A DNA stretch of 32,000 bases, taken from assembly GCF_000196355.1 (NCBI RefSeq), contig NC_007614.1:2700001-2732000 (forward strand), in the 5' to 3' direction. The stretch is from Nitrosospira multiformis ATCC 25196 (lineage in GTDB: Bacteria; Pseudomonadota; Gammaproteobacteria; Burkholderiales; Nitrosomonadaceae). Shown piece by piece: positions 1 to 10,314 of this stretch. The notes beneath the pieces were generated by a model. It was not told the origin of the DNA and did not search any database. It was given only the letters and a program-made list of their open reading frames with translations. The translations under genes were made by a program, and so were the position numbers. Each line of letters opens with the position of its first letter. Within the stretch, counting starts at the first letter, position 1.

Positions 1-151
1 GCCTGTCACCCAGTTTGCCGTGTCCGTAATGACGGTCGCGCGTCAACCCCGGCAGGTCGGCCACCAGCGCGTCGCGGCTGCGTGTCAAACGGTTAAAGAG
101 CGTGGACTTGCCGACGTTGGATCGCCCTACCAGTACGAGGGTGGGTTTCAT
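1..151 (-). CDS. der: GTPase Der (ribosome biogenesis), N-terminal fragment running off the left edge
   Basis: Translation from the CAT at 149-151 gives [50 protein letters not shown], with a P-loop GRSNVGKST and DLPGLTRD G2/G3 motifs. Next to bamB as in many betaproteobacteria. Confidence 0.93.
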   Translation of the reverse strand, partial: MKPTLVLVGRSNVGKSTLFNRLTRSRDALVADLPGLTRDRHYGHGKLGDR

Positions 152-289
152 GATTTCAGCTTTCGTCTAAAACAGGGCTGGGCTGCGGCATAAGGTACGG
201 AATTGAAGCGCTGGACAGCGAATTCCCGGATTACCGAGGTATTCCCCAGAAGGTGAATTTTCAAAAACGAAAAACGCGCGCCCGCACGA

Positions 290-1504
290 CTAGGCACCAA
301 AGGCAAAAACTCCGCCTTTCCGGGTTTGTACCGCAATACCATTGGGCAAGGATATGGGACGGGCGGTAATAGCACTTTCGTCGGTTCCGGACCGCGCAAT
401 AATGGCGCCATTGTCCTTCCTGATGAAATTTACATAACCTTGGGAATCTCCTACCACGATACGAGCGCCGTGCACCAGCGGAGCGGATAACTTGAGTCCG
501 TTGAGCAGATCCTGGGCCCATATGCTGGTGCCATCCCTTTTGTCGTAAGCCACTATTCCGCCCCTGTTCTCGCTCACATAAACGTAATTGTCATCCATGG
601 CCAGACCGGCATTGCTGGATACATCACGGGTCCAGATCTGGTTACCGGCTGTGATATCGAAGCAGGCGATACGCCCCTGGTAGGCAACGGCGCACACCTG
701 CTGCTCATCCAGAACGGGCAAACTGGTGACATCCGAAATTCGCTCAAGTTCGGTGGCGCCTCTCGGCCGTGATACCATTGCTTCCCAAACCAGACTGCCA
801 TTCGAAAGATTCAGGGCCACGAGCCTGCCCCCGGCAAAACCGGCATATACCCTATCATCGGCAATCAGCGCGCCAGCGAAACTCCGTACCGTCAGCGATG
901 GGGTAGCGCCCTGATAAACCCACTTGCGCTTGCCGCTCTCGCTATCCAGCCCGTATATACGGCCGTCTCCCGTGCGAACGACTACCACGCCCATTCCGGC
1001 ATGCGGGGGACTCAACACTTCCGTTGAAAGATTCGCAGTCCACTTCGGTTTGCCGCTTTTCTCGTCAAAAGCCAGCACCTCGCCCTTGAAAGTGCCCACC
1101 AGCAGCATACCATCTCCCGTGCCAATTCCACCCGCGAGAGGATGCTTGGTGTCGATGACGCCCGAAGCCTTGCCAGAAGCCGGGTCGAAACGCACAAGAC
1201 GACCATCCGGTCCCCCTGCGTAGACAGCGCCATCGCCGAAAACCGGCAGAAATACAGCCGCCGGACTTTCCTCGACACTCGCCTCCCAACCGGGGCGCGT
1301 GCTGGGGATCACCTCCAGCTGTGCGATCTGCTCCGGGCTCATTTGAACCTCACCTGATCCGAAAAGATCCGTAATACCGGATACATCGATATCAGCAAGA
1401 CTGCGGGTCACATCGCGCACCATATCTACCATGCCTGCACATCCGGAAAGCGTCAAGGACGATACGAACAGCAGAACATAGGGCCAGAATGCACTATTCG
1501 CCAA
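290..1504 (-). CDS. bamB: Outer membrane assembly lipoprotein BamB (PQQ-like beta-propeller)
   Basis: ORF 290..1693 has repeated PQQ/WD-like blades (VYAGGPDGRLVRFDPASGK, VVVRTGDGRIYGLDSESGKRKW) and a lipobox (LLFVSSLTLSGCAG). No ATG lies just ahead of the signal peptide, so a TTG start near 1504 is likely. The ATG at 1693 would add an implausible N-terminal extension. Confidence 0.88.
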   Translation of the reverse strand: MANSAFWPYVLLFVSSLTLSGCAGMVDMVRDVTRSLADIDVSGITDLFGSGEVQMSPEQIAQLEVIPSTRPGWEASVEESPAAVFLPVFGDGAVYAGGPDGRLVRFDPASGKASGVIDTKHPLAGGIGTGDGMLLVGTFKGEVLAFDEKSGKPKWTANLSTEVLSPPHAGMGVVVVRTGDGRIYGLDSESGKRKWVYQGATPSLTVRSFAGALIADDRVYAGFAGGRLVALNLSNGSLVWEAMVSRPRGATELERISDVTSLPVLDEQQVCAVAYQGRIACFDITAGNQIWTRDVSSNAGLAMDDNYVYVSENRGGIVAYDKRDGTSIWAQDLLNGLKLSAPLVHGARIVVGDSQGYVNFIRKDNGAIIARSGTDESAITARPISLPNGIAVQTRKGGVFAFGA

Positions 1505-1796
1505 GTGAAACGGACGCGCTTCTCCCGGGAGTGATATTTCCTTGGGCACGCCATTGGCCCCGGCAATAGGGCTTCCAGGCGAATCCGCAGGCACGGGAAA
1601 CACATTCAGCGACTCATCGGCTGAAGCTTTGCTTGCGCGCATTTTCCTGTTTATGAGAAGGAGTAGTTGCGAAAAAATCAACGAGCCGATCAAGGCATAT
1701 CAGGTTAAGGGAGCGGCTTCCAGAGTGGACCGGCTGCACAGCCGCCAGGAGTGGCGGCTCGCGCTGGAGTTTATCCGGTTTATATCGAAACTGTAA

Positions 1797-2435
1797 CTAT
1801 TTGGCGCTTGGCAGCGCATCCAGCTTCATCTGCACGATATCATAGTAAGTGCTGCCGGGACTTATCCTGGCAAGCGCCATTTGATAAGCTGCCCGGGCTT
1901 CCCCAAATTTCCCGGTGGCCGTCAGCACATCGCCCCGGCGATCGGCATAAAGTCCGTCGAAGGATTCCCCGTGCTTGACCTCAAGCAAGCGCAGCGCCTC
2001 GTCGTATTTTTCCTCATCCAGCAATACGCCCGTCAAACGTAACCGGGCCATGTCTTTCAGCTCTTCTTCTCCGGAATTGTCGAGTACCCATTGCAGACGG
2101 TTTTTCGTGTTCTGCAAATCTCCGGCGTTGAAGCTGGCTTGAGCCGATATCAAGGCGGCACGGGACGCGTAACCGCTGCTCGGAAAGCTTTCCATCACCA
2201 AACCGGCAGCGTCGCTGATTTTTTTTGCATCGCCGCTCCCCTGAACCTGTAGCACGGAATCATACAATTCCAGGGCCTGCTCGGTTTTCTGCTTCTTGTA
2301 GTAATTCCATGCCTGTGCGCCGGCGATACCCGCGATGAAAACTGCGACGATCACAATCACCAGCGTGCCGTACGTGTTCCACCACGATTTCAACTGGTCT
2401 ATATTTTCCTGTTCTTCCGGATTATATGCTGCCAT
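1797..2435 (-). CDS. yfgM: YfgM-family tetratricopeptide-like membrane protein (ancillary SecYEG translocon subunit type)
   Basis: 212 aa with N-terminal TM segment (WWNTYGTLVIVIVAVFIAGIAGAQAWNYY) and TPR-like alpha-helical C-terminal part. Position between hisS and bamB is characteristic. Confidence 0.8.
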   Translation of the reverse strand: MAAYNPEEQENIDQLKSWWNTYGTLVIVIVAVFIAGIAGAQAWNYYKKQKTEQALELYDSVLQVQGSGDAKKISDAAGLVMESFPSSGYASRAALISAQASFNAGDLQNTKNRLQWVLDNSGEEELKDMARLRLTGVLLDEEKYDEALRLLEVKHGESFDGLYADRRGDVLTATGKFGEARAAYQMALARISPGSTYYDIVQMKLDALPSAK

Positions 2436-2468
2436 TTATCTTCCCGAGTTGAATTGAATTCTTCTGAT

Positions 2469-3728
2469 TCAGGCCCTTTTCAGCAGGTCGGCAGCTTCCG
2501 CAAGGCCTACCCGGACCTGCTCCGCCGCTTCCCGCAGCGGCTTGATGCTTATTTCGCCGGCTTGCGCTTCATCATCTCCGATGATGATCGCAAAACGCGC
2601 TCCGCTGGCGTCGGCTTTTCTCATCTGCGCCTTGAAGCTGCCCTCTCCGCAATGCAGAATTGCCTGGAACCCACGATCCCGCAAGTGTCTTGCCGTTTTC
2701 CAGGCAAACCCGGCCGCGGCATCGCCCTTGTGAACCACATAGACATCAGGAGGAGCCTGAGGGATGATACTGTCCATCACCAGTGCCAGCACTCGTTCCA
2801 CGCCCAGGGCAAATCCGCATGCGGGGGTAGCCTTGCCGCCAACCTGTTCTACCAGTCCGTCATAACGTCCACCTGCGCAGACGGTTCCCTGCGCCCCCAG
2901 CTTGTCGGTAACCCACTCGAATACGGTGCGATTATAATAATCCAGCCCCCGTACCAGCCGCGGGTTGATCTCGAAGTCGACCCCCTGCTCGCGCAGGATT
3001 TGCTGCAAGCGTTCAAAATGAATGAGAGAGTCCTCGTCCAGGTCATCCAGTAACCGCGGAGCGCCCTCGATAATCTCTCTCATCCCCGCATTCTTGCTGT
3101 CGAGTATGCGTAGGGGATTGCTGTGCAGGCGCCTGGATGCATCTTCATCCAGCTTGCATAGATGCCGCTGCAGGTAATCGATCAGGCGGGTACGGTGCAC
3201 CGAGCGCGACTCCGCACTGCCAAGCGTCCCGATTTCGAGCCGCACCCCGGAAACGCCGAGCCGCTTCCACAAGTCGGCGCCCATGATGATGAGCTCGGCA
3301 TCGATGTCGGGTCCGCCATACCCCAGAGCTTCGGCGCCGACCTGATGGAATTGCCGGTAACGTCCTTTTTGCGGACGCTCGTGGCGGAACATCGCACCCG
3401 AATAATATAGCCGTTGCGGGCCGGAATAGAGCAGATTATGCTCAAGCACCGCACGCACGCAGGACGCGGTTCCTTCCGGCCGCAGTGTCAGGCTCTCGCC
3501 GTTGAGATGATCCACGAAGGTGTACATCTCTTTCTCGACGATATCTGTGACCGCACCGATGGAACGCACAAACAGGTCGGTCTGCTCGACTATCGGCATA
3601 CGGATATTGCGGTAGCCATAAGCCGCCATCCAGTCGCGGACACTTTGCTCGAAGAACTCCCACCGGTCAATCTGATCGGGCAGGATGTCGTTCATCCCGC
3701 GTACAGCCTGAATCCCCCTAGTGGGCAT
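2469..3728 (-). CDS. hisS: Histidyl-tRNA synthetase
   Basis: 419 aa; class II aaRS motifs: [48 protein letters not shown]. Confidence 0.96.
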   Translation of the reverse strand: MPTRGIQAVRGMNDILPDQIDRWEFFEQSVRDWMAAYGYRNIRMPIVEQTDLFVRSIGAVTDIVEKEMYTFVDHLNGESLTLRPEGTASCVRAVLEHNLLYSGPQRLYYSGAMFRHERPQKGRYRQFHQVGAEALGYGGPDIDAELIIMGADLWKRLGVSGVRLEIGTLGSAESRSVHRTRLIDYLQRHLCKLDEDASRRLHSNPLRILDSKNAGMREIIEGAPRLLDDLDEDSLIHFERLQQILREQGVDFEINPRLVRGLDYYNRTVFEWVTDKLGAQGTVCAGGRYDGLVEQVGGKATPACGFALGVERVLALVMDSIIPQAPPDVYVVHKGDAAAGFAWKTARHLRDRGFQAILHCGEGSFKAQMRKADASGARFAIIIGDDEAQAGEISIKPLREAAEQVRVGLAEAADLLKRA

Positions 3729-4968
3729 CGACTGCTTTCTTGGGGTATTTCATCTGCACATATTCATCGACTATCTGGCGAAACTCTCCTGCAATATTAT
3801 CGCCCTTCAGCGTTACAGCCTTCTGGCCATCCACAAATACCGGCGCCACAGGCCGTTCCCCCGAGCCCGGCAGGCTGATGCCGATATTGGCATGCTTGCT
3901 TTCGCCGGGACCATTGACCACGCACCCCATCACAGCGAGGGTCATATTTTCCACACCTTCGTATTCCTCGCGCCATACCAGCATCTGCTCGCGCACGTAG
4001 CCCTGGATGCTTTCCGCCAGCTCCTGAAAATAGGTGCTGGTGGTACGGCCGCAGCCGGGACAGGCGGCAACCAGAGGCACAAAAGCGCGCAAACCGGTGG
4101 TTTGCAGTATCTCCTGGGCCACGACCACTTCGCGCGCGCGGTCTCCGCCTGGTTCGGGCGTCAACGATATCCGTATCGTATCGCCGATACCTTCGAGAAG
4201 CAGTACCGACAATGCCGCCGTGGAAGCAACAATCCCCTTCGAACCCATGCCCGCCTCGGTGAGCCCCAGGTGCAGCGCATAATCGCAGCGGGCCGCAAGG
4301 GCGCGATAAACGGTAATGAGGTCTCTCACGCCGCTCATCTTGCATGACAATATGATTCTGTCACGCCCCAGCCCGATCTCCTCCGCACGCTCAGCGCTTT
4401 GAAGCGCAGAGGTAATCAAGGCTTCGTACATTACCGCGGAGGCATCCCTCGGGTCCCCGGAGCGGGCATTCTCGTCCATCATGCGCGCCAGCAGCTCTGG
4501 ATCGAGGCTTCCCCAGTTGACCCCGATGCGCACCGGTTTTTCATACTTGCAGGCCGCTTCGATCAGAATGGAAAACTGTTCGTCACGTTTCTTTCCGTGC
4601 CCGACATTACCGGGATTGATACGGTATTTCGCCAGCGCACGGGCGCAACCGGGATACTCAGTCACGAGTTTATGGCCATTGAAGTGAAAATCGCCTATCA
4701 GGGGAACTTGGCAACCCATATCGTCGAGTCGCGCCCTGATACCCGGCACCGCCCTGGCTGCTTCGGCCGTATTGACGGTGATGCGCACGAGTTCGGATCC
4801 GGCACGCGCAAGCTGGGCCACTTGCACGGTGGTAGCGATTTCATCTTCCGTATCGGTATTGGTCATGGACTGCACTACGATGGGCGCGCCCCCGCCGATC
4901 CGGATCGAACCTACCTGAACGCCCACGCTGTTCCGGCGTGGGGGAAAAGCACTTTGAACCATAGACAT
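3718..4968 (-). CDS. ispG: 4-hydroxy-3-methylbut-2-en-1-yl diphosphate synthase (flavodoxin)
   Basis: 416 aa; [76 protein letters not shown] with Fe-S cysteines. Overlaps the hisS start by 11 nt. Confidence 0.96.
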   Translation of the reverse strand: MSMVQSAFPPRRNSVGVQVGSIRIGGGAPIVVQSMTNTDTEDEIATTVQVAQLARAGSELVRITVNTAEAARAVPGIRARLDDMGCQVPLIGDFHFNGHKLVTEYPGCARALAKYRINPGNVGHGKKRDEQFSILIEAACKYEKPVRIGVNWGSLDPELLARMMDENARSGDPRDASAVMYEALITSALQSAERAEEIGLGRDRIILSCKMSGVRDLITVYRALAARCDYALHLGLTEAGMGSKGIVASTAALSVLLLEGIGDTIRISLTPEPGGDRAREVVVAQEILQTTGLRAFVPLVAACPGCGRTTSTYFQELAESIQGYVREQMLVWREEYEGVENMTLAVMGCVVNGPGESKHANIGISLPGSGERPVAPVFVDGQKAVTLKGDNIAGEFRQIVDEYVQMKYPKKAVDAH

Positions 4969-5001
4969 GATGAATATGAGATGTCGTGTTGAAATTGAAA
5001 T

Positions 5002-6348
5002 CTATTGGAGCACGAGATGTGCCATTCCACCGGGAAGTTTGGCGAAAATCGAGAGATCGACTGGTTTGCTATTGTAGACAAGCTTGACCTGCCCCGGGTT
5101 TCCGATCATGAGAGAATAGGGCGGCTTACCACGCAGCACCTGCTCGCTGCCAGGAGGATTGACTCTTGAGAGAAGCAATTTCCCGTTGCCATCCTTGACT
5201 TGCACCCATGACTCGCCGGCAAACGTCAGACGAATTCCAGCTTTTGCAGGAGGTGGCTTCGGAGTAGCGGCGACCTGGGGCGGCTTCGGGGTAACTGCGC
5301 TCTCAGATGGCTTCGAAGTAGCTGCGCCCTCAGATGGCTTCGGAGCAACTGCGACCTGAGGCGGCTTCGAAGTAACTGCGCTCTCAGATGGCTGCGAAGT
5401 AACTGGGCCCTCAAGTGGCTTCGGAGCAACTGCGACCTGAGGCGGCTTCGGGGTAACTGCGCTCCCAGATGGCTTCGAAGTAACTGGGCCCTCAGATGGC
5501 TTTGGAGCAACTGTAACCTGGGGCGGCTTCGGAGCCACTGGGACATTGGCGGGCTCCCCCCCTGGAACTGCCGGTGCTGTGGGAGCGGTCTGGACCGCCG
5601 GTGGCGGCGCAAGAGGCAGGGTGAGAGGCTCTCCAGCGGAAGCTTCGGCACCGCTCCCAGCGGCCGCGTCTTTAGGAGCGGACGCCACGGTGTCCTGCTC
5701 TCTGCCTGTATCCGCGGAAGGTGCTGTCTCCTCGAGGGCGGCAATACCCGGCTCTCGCTGGGAAGCCATATCGGGAACAAGCGCGGAAGGTGCGGGAGCC
5801 TGAGATTCCGGCACTTCCGCTGGGGGCGCCTGCGATGGAAACGGGAATGAAAGAGTCGGTTGCCCGGTGTCTTTCTCCGATTCCATTGCCATGTCGGGCT
5901 GATTGGCAACGGAAGCCTTGTCACCACTATAGATCGCGTACCCCAGCAGAGTGATGGCCAGGACAATTCCTCCGCCGAGGACCACGTTGCGTTTCAGATA
6001 CTCCTGCCCGGAGGGAAAGGGAATCTCCTCACTTGGAGGCCGCCCCACGTGCGTCGTCGGAGGAGGAACCGACTGTTCAAGCAACTTCAATAACGGCGCT
6101 TCATCCAGTTGCAGCAATTTGGCATAGTTGCGCACGAATCCGCGCAGGAAGGGGCCGCCCGCAAGCTTATCGTATTCATCCTCTTCGAGTGCCGTCACCT
6201 GCCGGGCTGCAAAGCGTAACTGGCGCGCAACGTCCTCAATATCCAGGCCGCGTTCCAGCCGCGCAGCGCGCAGCACCTGGCCGACCTGCTCTCCGGTTTT
6301 TTTTGGTTCCTCATGCTGCTCGATGTCGCTACTTTCAGGAGCTTCCAT
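5002..6348 (-). CDS. rodZ: RodZ-like helix-turn-helix / TM / DUF4115 protein
   Basis: N-terminal Xre-like HTH (GQVLRAARLERGLDIEDVARQLRFAARQVTALEEDEYDKLAGGPFLRGFVRNYAKLLQLDE), single TM (VVLGGGIVLAITLLGYAIY), Pro/Ala-rich linker, C-terminal DUF4115-like domain (SWVQVKDGNGKLLLSRVNPPGSEQVLRGKPPYSLMIGNPGQVKLVYNSKPVDL). Start taken at MEAPESS (ATG at 6348); the ORF extends to 6366. Confidence 0.85.
   Translation of the reverse strand: MEAPESSDIEQHEEPKKTGEQVGQVLRAARLERGLDIEDVARQLRFAARQVTALEEDEYDKLAGGPFLRGFVRNYAKLLQLDEAPLLKLLEQSVPPPTTHVGRPPSEEIPFPSGQEYLKRNVVLGGGIVLAITLLGYAIYSGDKASVANQPDMAMESEKDTGQPTLSFPFPSQAPPAEVPESQAPAPSALVPDMASQREPGIAALEETAPSADTGREQDTVASAPKDAAAGSGAEASAGEPLTLPLAPPPAVQTAPTAPAVPGGEPANVPVAPKPPQVTVAPKPSEGPVTSKPSGSAVTPKPPQVAVAPKPLEGPVTSQPSESAVTSKPPQVAVAPKPSEGAATSKPSESAVTPKPPQVAATPKPPPAKAGIRLTFAGESWVQVKDGNGKLLLSRVNPPGSEQVLRGKPPYSLMIGNPGQVKLVYNSKPVDLSIFAKLPGGMAHLVLQ
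5252..5540 (-). repeat. 81-bp in-frame tandem repeat inside rodZ (three full 27-aa units plus flanking partial units)
   Basis: The element ggcggcttcg recurs at 5279, 5360, 5441 and 5522, exactly 81 bp apart. It encodes units like PKPPQVAVAPKPLEGPVTSQPSESAVT. Confidence 0.93.
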
Positions 6349-6454
6349 TCCCTCACCCCATCTCATGTTACCTGACGCTTCATATCCGCAATCGCTTTTA
6401 CGCCTTCACGCCTTCAGGTGCAGTTGCCGACCGGGAAAATACGCCCCAACCTGC

Positions 6455-7552
6455 TCATCCAGCTGCTTCCGCAATGTTGCGGGGGACGCGGCGTGTCTTG
6501 TCGAGGACTTTTCCCGCGAGCTGGCCGCAGGCCGCGGCAATATCATCTCCCCGCGTCTTGCGTACCGTAGTCACCAATCCTGCCTCCATCAACACATCGC
6601 GAAAGCGGGATACGGCGTTTGCGGAAGAACGCCTGAAACCTGAATCAGGAAAAGGATTGAACGGAATCAGGTTTAACTTGCAGGGAATGTCCCTTACCAG
6701 TTGCACCAATTCACGCGCTTGCGCCACGCTGTCATTCACGCCATCCAGCATGACATATTCAAAAGTGATGAAATCTCGGGGTGCGGATTGAAGATAGCGC
6801 TCGCATGCGCCCAGCAGTTCCCTGATCGGGTATTTCCTGTTGATCGGCACCAATTGATCGCGCAACGCGTCGTTGGGAGCATGCAGGGATACCGCCAGCG
6901 CGACGGGGCAACGCTCGCGGAGACGGTCCATGGCCGGGATTATTCCCGACGTGCTCACGGTCACCCGGCGCCGTGATAAGCCATAAGCATTGTCGTCCAG
7001 CATCAGGTCGAGCGAGGTCACTACATTTTCGAAATTCGTCAGCGGCTCTCCCATCCCCATCATGACTATATTGGTGATGGGACGCTCGCGTCCCGCCTCG
7101 CTCGTGAACGTTTCCGTCAGCGCTTTATTCGCCCACCACAATTGGCCGATGATTTCCGCCACCGTCAGATTACGGTTGAACCCTTGCCTCCCGGTGGAAC
7201 AAAATGCGCATGCGAGCGCACACCCTACCTGGCTGGAAATACACAGCGTCCCCCGGCTCGTTTCCGGTATGTAGACTGTTTCGATTCCATTACCCGCGCC
7301 GACCGACAGCAGCCATTTGCGAGTACCATCGGAAGCGGTATGATCGCTGATGACTTTCGGCGGTTCTATCACGGCGGCAGCCGCCAGCTTTTCCCGCAAT
7401 CCTTTCGCGAGGTCGCTCATGGCATCGAAATCGGCTTCACCGGTCCGGTGTATCCAGCGCAGCAGTTGACGGGCGCGGAACGGCTTCTCACCGATTTCCG
7501 CACAGAAACCGGTAAGCCCTTTCGCATCAAAATCCAGAAGATTGATGCTCAT
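6455..7552 (-). CDS. rlmN: Dual-specificity 23S rRNA (A2503)/tRNA methyltransferase RlmN (radical SAM)
   Basis: [26 protein letters not shown] radical SAM CxxxCxx[31 protein letters not shown]. Start taken at [12 protein letters not shown] (ATG at 7552) rather than the longer ORF. Confidence 0.96.
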   Translation of the reverse strand: MSINLLDFDAKGLTGFCAEIGEKPFRARQLLRWIHRTGEADFDAMSDLAKGLREKLAAAAVIEPPKVISDHTASDGTRKWLLSVGAGNGIETVYIPETSRGTLCISSQVGCALACAFCSTGRQGFNRNLTVAEIIGQLWWANKALTETFTSEAGRERPITNIVMMGMGEPLTNFENVVTSLDLMLDDNAYGLSRRRVTVSTSGIIPAMDRLRERCPVALAVSLHAPNDALRDQLVPINRKYPIRELLGACERYLQSAPRDFITFEYVMLDGVNDSVAQARELVQLVRDIPCKLNLIPFNPFPDSGFRRSSANAVSRFRDVLMEAGLVTTVRKTRGDDIAAACGQLAGKVLDKTRRVPRNIAEAAG

Positions 7553-7571
7553 ACCTGAGCCGTGATCCCCC

Positions 7572-7997
7572 TTATCGCGTATAAATGTTGAGTTCCGGAA
7601 AAAAATAGGCGATCTCAACCGCCGCTGTTTCAGGTGCATCCGAGCCATGCACAGCGTTTGCATCGATACTCTCGGCAAAATCTGCCCGAATCGTCCCCTT
7701 TTCGGCCTTCCTCGGATCGGTCGCCCCCATCAGATCCCGGTTTTTTCTGATGGCATCCTCACCTTCCAGTACCTGTACCATGACGGGACCGGAAATCATG
7801 AATTTCACCAGATCATTGAAGAACGGCCGTTCCCGGTGGACTGCATAAAAACCCTCAGCATCAGCCTGGGATAGACGCACCATCCGTGATGCGACTATTT
7901 TCAGTCCGTTCCGTTCAAAGCGGGAGTAAATTTCTCCTATTATATTTTTTGCCACTGCATCCGGCTTGATGATAGACAGGGTTCGTTCGACAGCCAT
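7572..7997 (-). CDS. ndk: Nucleoside diphosphate kinase
   Basis: [67 protein letters not shown], active-site NAVHGSD. Start at ATG 7997. Confidence 0.97.
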   Translation of the reverse strand: MAVERTLSIIKPDAVAKNIIGEIYSRFERNGLKIVASRMVRLSQADAEGFYAVHRERPFFNDLVKFMISGPVMVQVLEGEDAIRKNRDLMGATDPRKAEKGTIRADFAESIDANAVHGSDAPETAAVEIAYFFPELNIYTR

Positions 7998-8163
7998 CAA
8001 ATACTCCAAGTAATTATGTAAATCTTTATTATTCTAACAAGAACCAGCTTTAAAGTCCCTAAATTGGACCGATATGCTGGCGGTGGAGGACGCGCTCCTG
8101 TTCATTTGGGATGCCAAGGTAAAACGAAAAAAAACCTGCCAAAGAGGAAATCCTCCCACTCTC

Positions 8164-10314
8164 TCAATCGAGTTTCACCGCCTGTGGACGGGTAGGCCAT
8201 GTGCCGCGGTGGACCGCTTTCGCACCCTCGAACACGACGTAGCTCTGGCGGCCATAGTGTGGCAGTGGCCGGGTCAACGCAGCCAGGGATTCGATGTCGC
8301 GTGCGGAAACGACCGCAAGCGTGGTACCGTCGGAAAGGCGTGTAGTCCAGGCTTGGGCCGAGCCTTTACCCTTCATATCCTCCGGCCTGTGCAGCTCGTG
8401 CCGCGCAAGCCACGCATCCACCTGGTCTTGCAGGCCTATCACCAGAGTCGGCGTGGCCGGCATGTTGTCCGTACCCGGGATCAGTTTTGGCGCACGATGT
8501 TGAAGCTTGGTCGCCAGAATCTCCGCGGCGTCGCGGGCAGGTCCGCTTTCCGGCAGCAAAACGGTTACCGTTGTCTTGTTCACCATCACCTGACGCAGGA
8601 TCGGCGTCGCCTCCTGTGGCATTAAATGCCGGAACAGGCGGAGATCGGGATCGAGTATCACTTCCAGCGGAGGGACGCCAGTTTCGATGGAAAACACTTG
8701 CTGCGTGTTCTCGAGATCGACAGTATGAATTTCTTCGCCTTGCTGGGTACGGACAGCAATCGGTACCCGCAGCCGATACGCGGGTTCCGGTTGTTCGAGC
8801 GTGACCGAAACATGATGGCTTCCCCCCACTCCCTTCGTTCGCACCGCTTTCGTCAATCGCACGACGGGCGCACCGGGGCGAGTGAGCCATTGATCGAAGA
8901 ATATGTGCAGCTTCCTGCCGGAAGCAGTCTCAAAGGCGCGCTGTAGATCCTCCCACGAGGCAACGCGGAAGCGCTGTTCGCGCCAGAATGTCTGGAGTGC
9001 CCGATCGAAAGTTTCCCGCCCGAGCAGGTCGCGCAGCATCAAAAACACCATGGCAGCCTTGTTGTAGCCGACGATTTGCGAAGCTCCGTGCGTGCGCGAG
9101 GTAAAGCTTGTCAGCGGCGCATACTGGCTGGGTGATAAGGCGGCAAAATCGCGCAGCCAGCCCTGCCGCATTTCCCGCGCCGCTGAATCGCTCTCCCGCT
9201 CTTTATAGGCATAATCGGCCATAAAGGTGGTCAATCCTTCCGACCAGTTGCCTTTTGCATAATCGGGATACACGCCGTTTCCCCACCAGTTGTGCAGTAC
9301 CTCGTGACCCAGGGAGGTTGCGCGAATGAAAGGCAGTCGCAGCACCTCCAAACCGAGATAGGTGAGCGTGGGCATGCCAAAACCTGTCGGTGTCGGGCTT
9401 GAGACGATGCTGAACTCTGTGAATGGATAAGCGCCGATCCAGGATTCATAAAGATCGATATATCCCTTGACCGAATCGAGGTACTCTCCTGCAAGGTCCG
9501 CGACTTCCCGGTGGAAATAGGTTCTCAGCACGATCGGCTTGCCCCCCGCGCTGCGGATCGTCCGGGTTTCGACAATGTAGGGGCCGGCCATGAGATCGAT
9601 TCCGCCGGTGGGAGCGGGAAATTCAAAACGTGCCCGAAATCCCTGCGGCGATTCCGATTCCTCCGCAAGCCGTCCGGCGACCACCCCCCGCTGCCCGACC
9701 GGGAGTTCCATGCTCAAGTCATAGCTGGCGAGCTCGCCTGCAAGATAGGGATACCAGCCGCTCGAATCCGGCAGGAACGTACCCGATTCGCCACTGACTG
9801 GCTCGTTCTGCCCCAGCGTCTGGCGGTGATCGAGCGAGGTATCCAGCGGAGACAGTTCCCCCCGCCACTCTATTTCTATGCGACGGGGAAGCTTCTCTTC
9901 CGGCGGAATACGCCACGCCCGCATCGCTCCCACGGTCGCAGAGGGGCCGATCGACTCGCCATCCACCCGCCCCTTCAGCACTTCGAAACGGCGGCCTATC
10001 ACAAGTGTCAGTTCCTCCCGAGTATTCGCGGTGATCACGCTGCGCCCCTTGAGAGTGCGCTCCAGCGGATCGATGTGAACGCGGATGTCATAATGGACCG
10101 GGGAATCGACGCGAGAGACCTCCTGAGCGGAACTCGATTTCGCCGCTTCCGCGGCAAATGCAGCAGGGAAAAACAAAATTGCCGTTATGCCAGCAATCAG
10201 GAGAGGCGCATGCGAAACAATCCTGGCAGCCTTTCCGGAATCGGGAATGCAACTATTTCGCATCCCTTTCATTATCAGCCTCGTTGCAGACATTATTACT
10301 TGCATCATGTTCAT
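8164..10314 (-). CDS. M1-family aminopeptidase-like zinc metalloprotease, secreted
   Basis: HEVLHNWWGNGVYPDYAKGNWSEGLTTFMADY matches HExxH...E of M1 peptidases. N-terminal signal-like segment (APLLIAGITAILFFPAAFA). Likely true starts are the ATG at 10272 or 10263, since the ORF's first ATG overlaps the chaN-like stop. Confidence 0.85.
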   Translation of the reverse strand: MNMMQVIMSATRLIMKGMRNSCIPDSGKAARIVSHAPLLIAGITAILFFPAAFAAEAAKSSSAQEVSRVDSPVHYDIRVHIDPLERTLKGRSVITANTREELTLVIGRRFEVLKGRVDGESIGPSATVGAMRAWRIPPEEKLPRRIEIEWRGELSPLDTSLDHRQTLGQNEPVSGESGTFLPDSSGWYPYLAGELASYDLSMELPVGQRGVVAGRLAEESESPQGFRARFEFPAPTGGIDLMAGPYIVETRTIRSAGGKPIVLRTYFHREVADLAGEYLDSVKGYIDLYESWIGAYPFTEFSIVSSPTPTGFGMPTLTYLGLEVLRLPFIRATSLGHEVLHNWWGNGVYPDYAKGNWSEGLTTFMADYAYKERESDSAAREMRQGWLRDFAALSPSQYAPLTSFTSRTHGASQIVGYNKAAMVFLMLRDLLGRETFDRALQTFWREQRFRVASWEDLQRAFETASGRKLHIFFDQWLTRPGAPVVRLTKAVRTKGVGGSHHVSVTLEQPEPAYRLRVPIAVRTQQGEEIHTVDLENTQQVFSIETGVPPLEVILDPDLRLFRHLMPQEATPILRQVMVNKTTVTVLLPESGPARDAAEILATKLQHRAPKLIPGTDNMPATPTLVIGLQDQVDAWLARHELHRPEDMKGKGSAQAWTTRLSDGTTLAVVSARDIESLAALTRPLPHYGRQSYVVFEGAKAVHRGTWPTRPQAVKLD

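Noticed and set aside
3414-4992. + strand ORFs opposite hisS and ispG
   Set aside because: Antisense to strongly supported conserved enzymes.
5252-5540. CRISPR-like periodic repeat
   Set aside because: The repeats are 81 bp, contiguous, in frame and encode protein; no spacers. No other CRISPR-like periodicity was seen.
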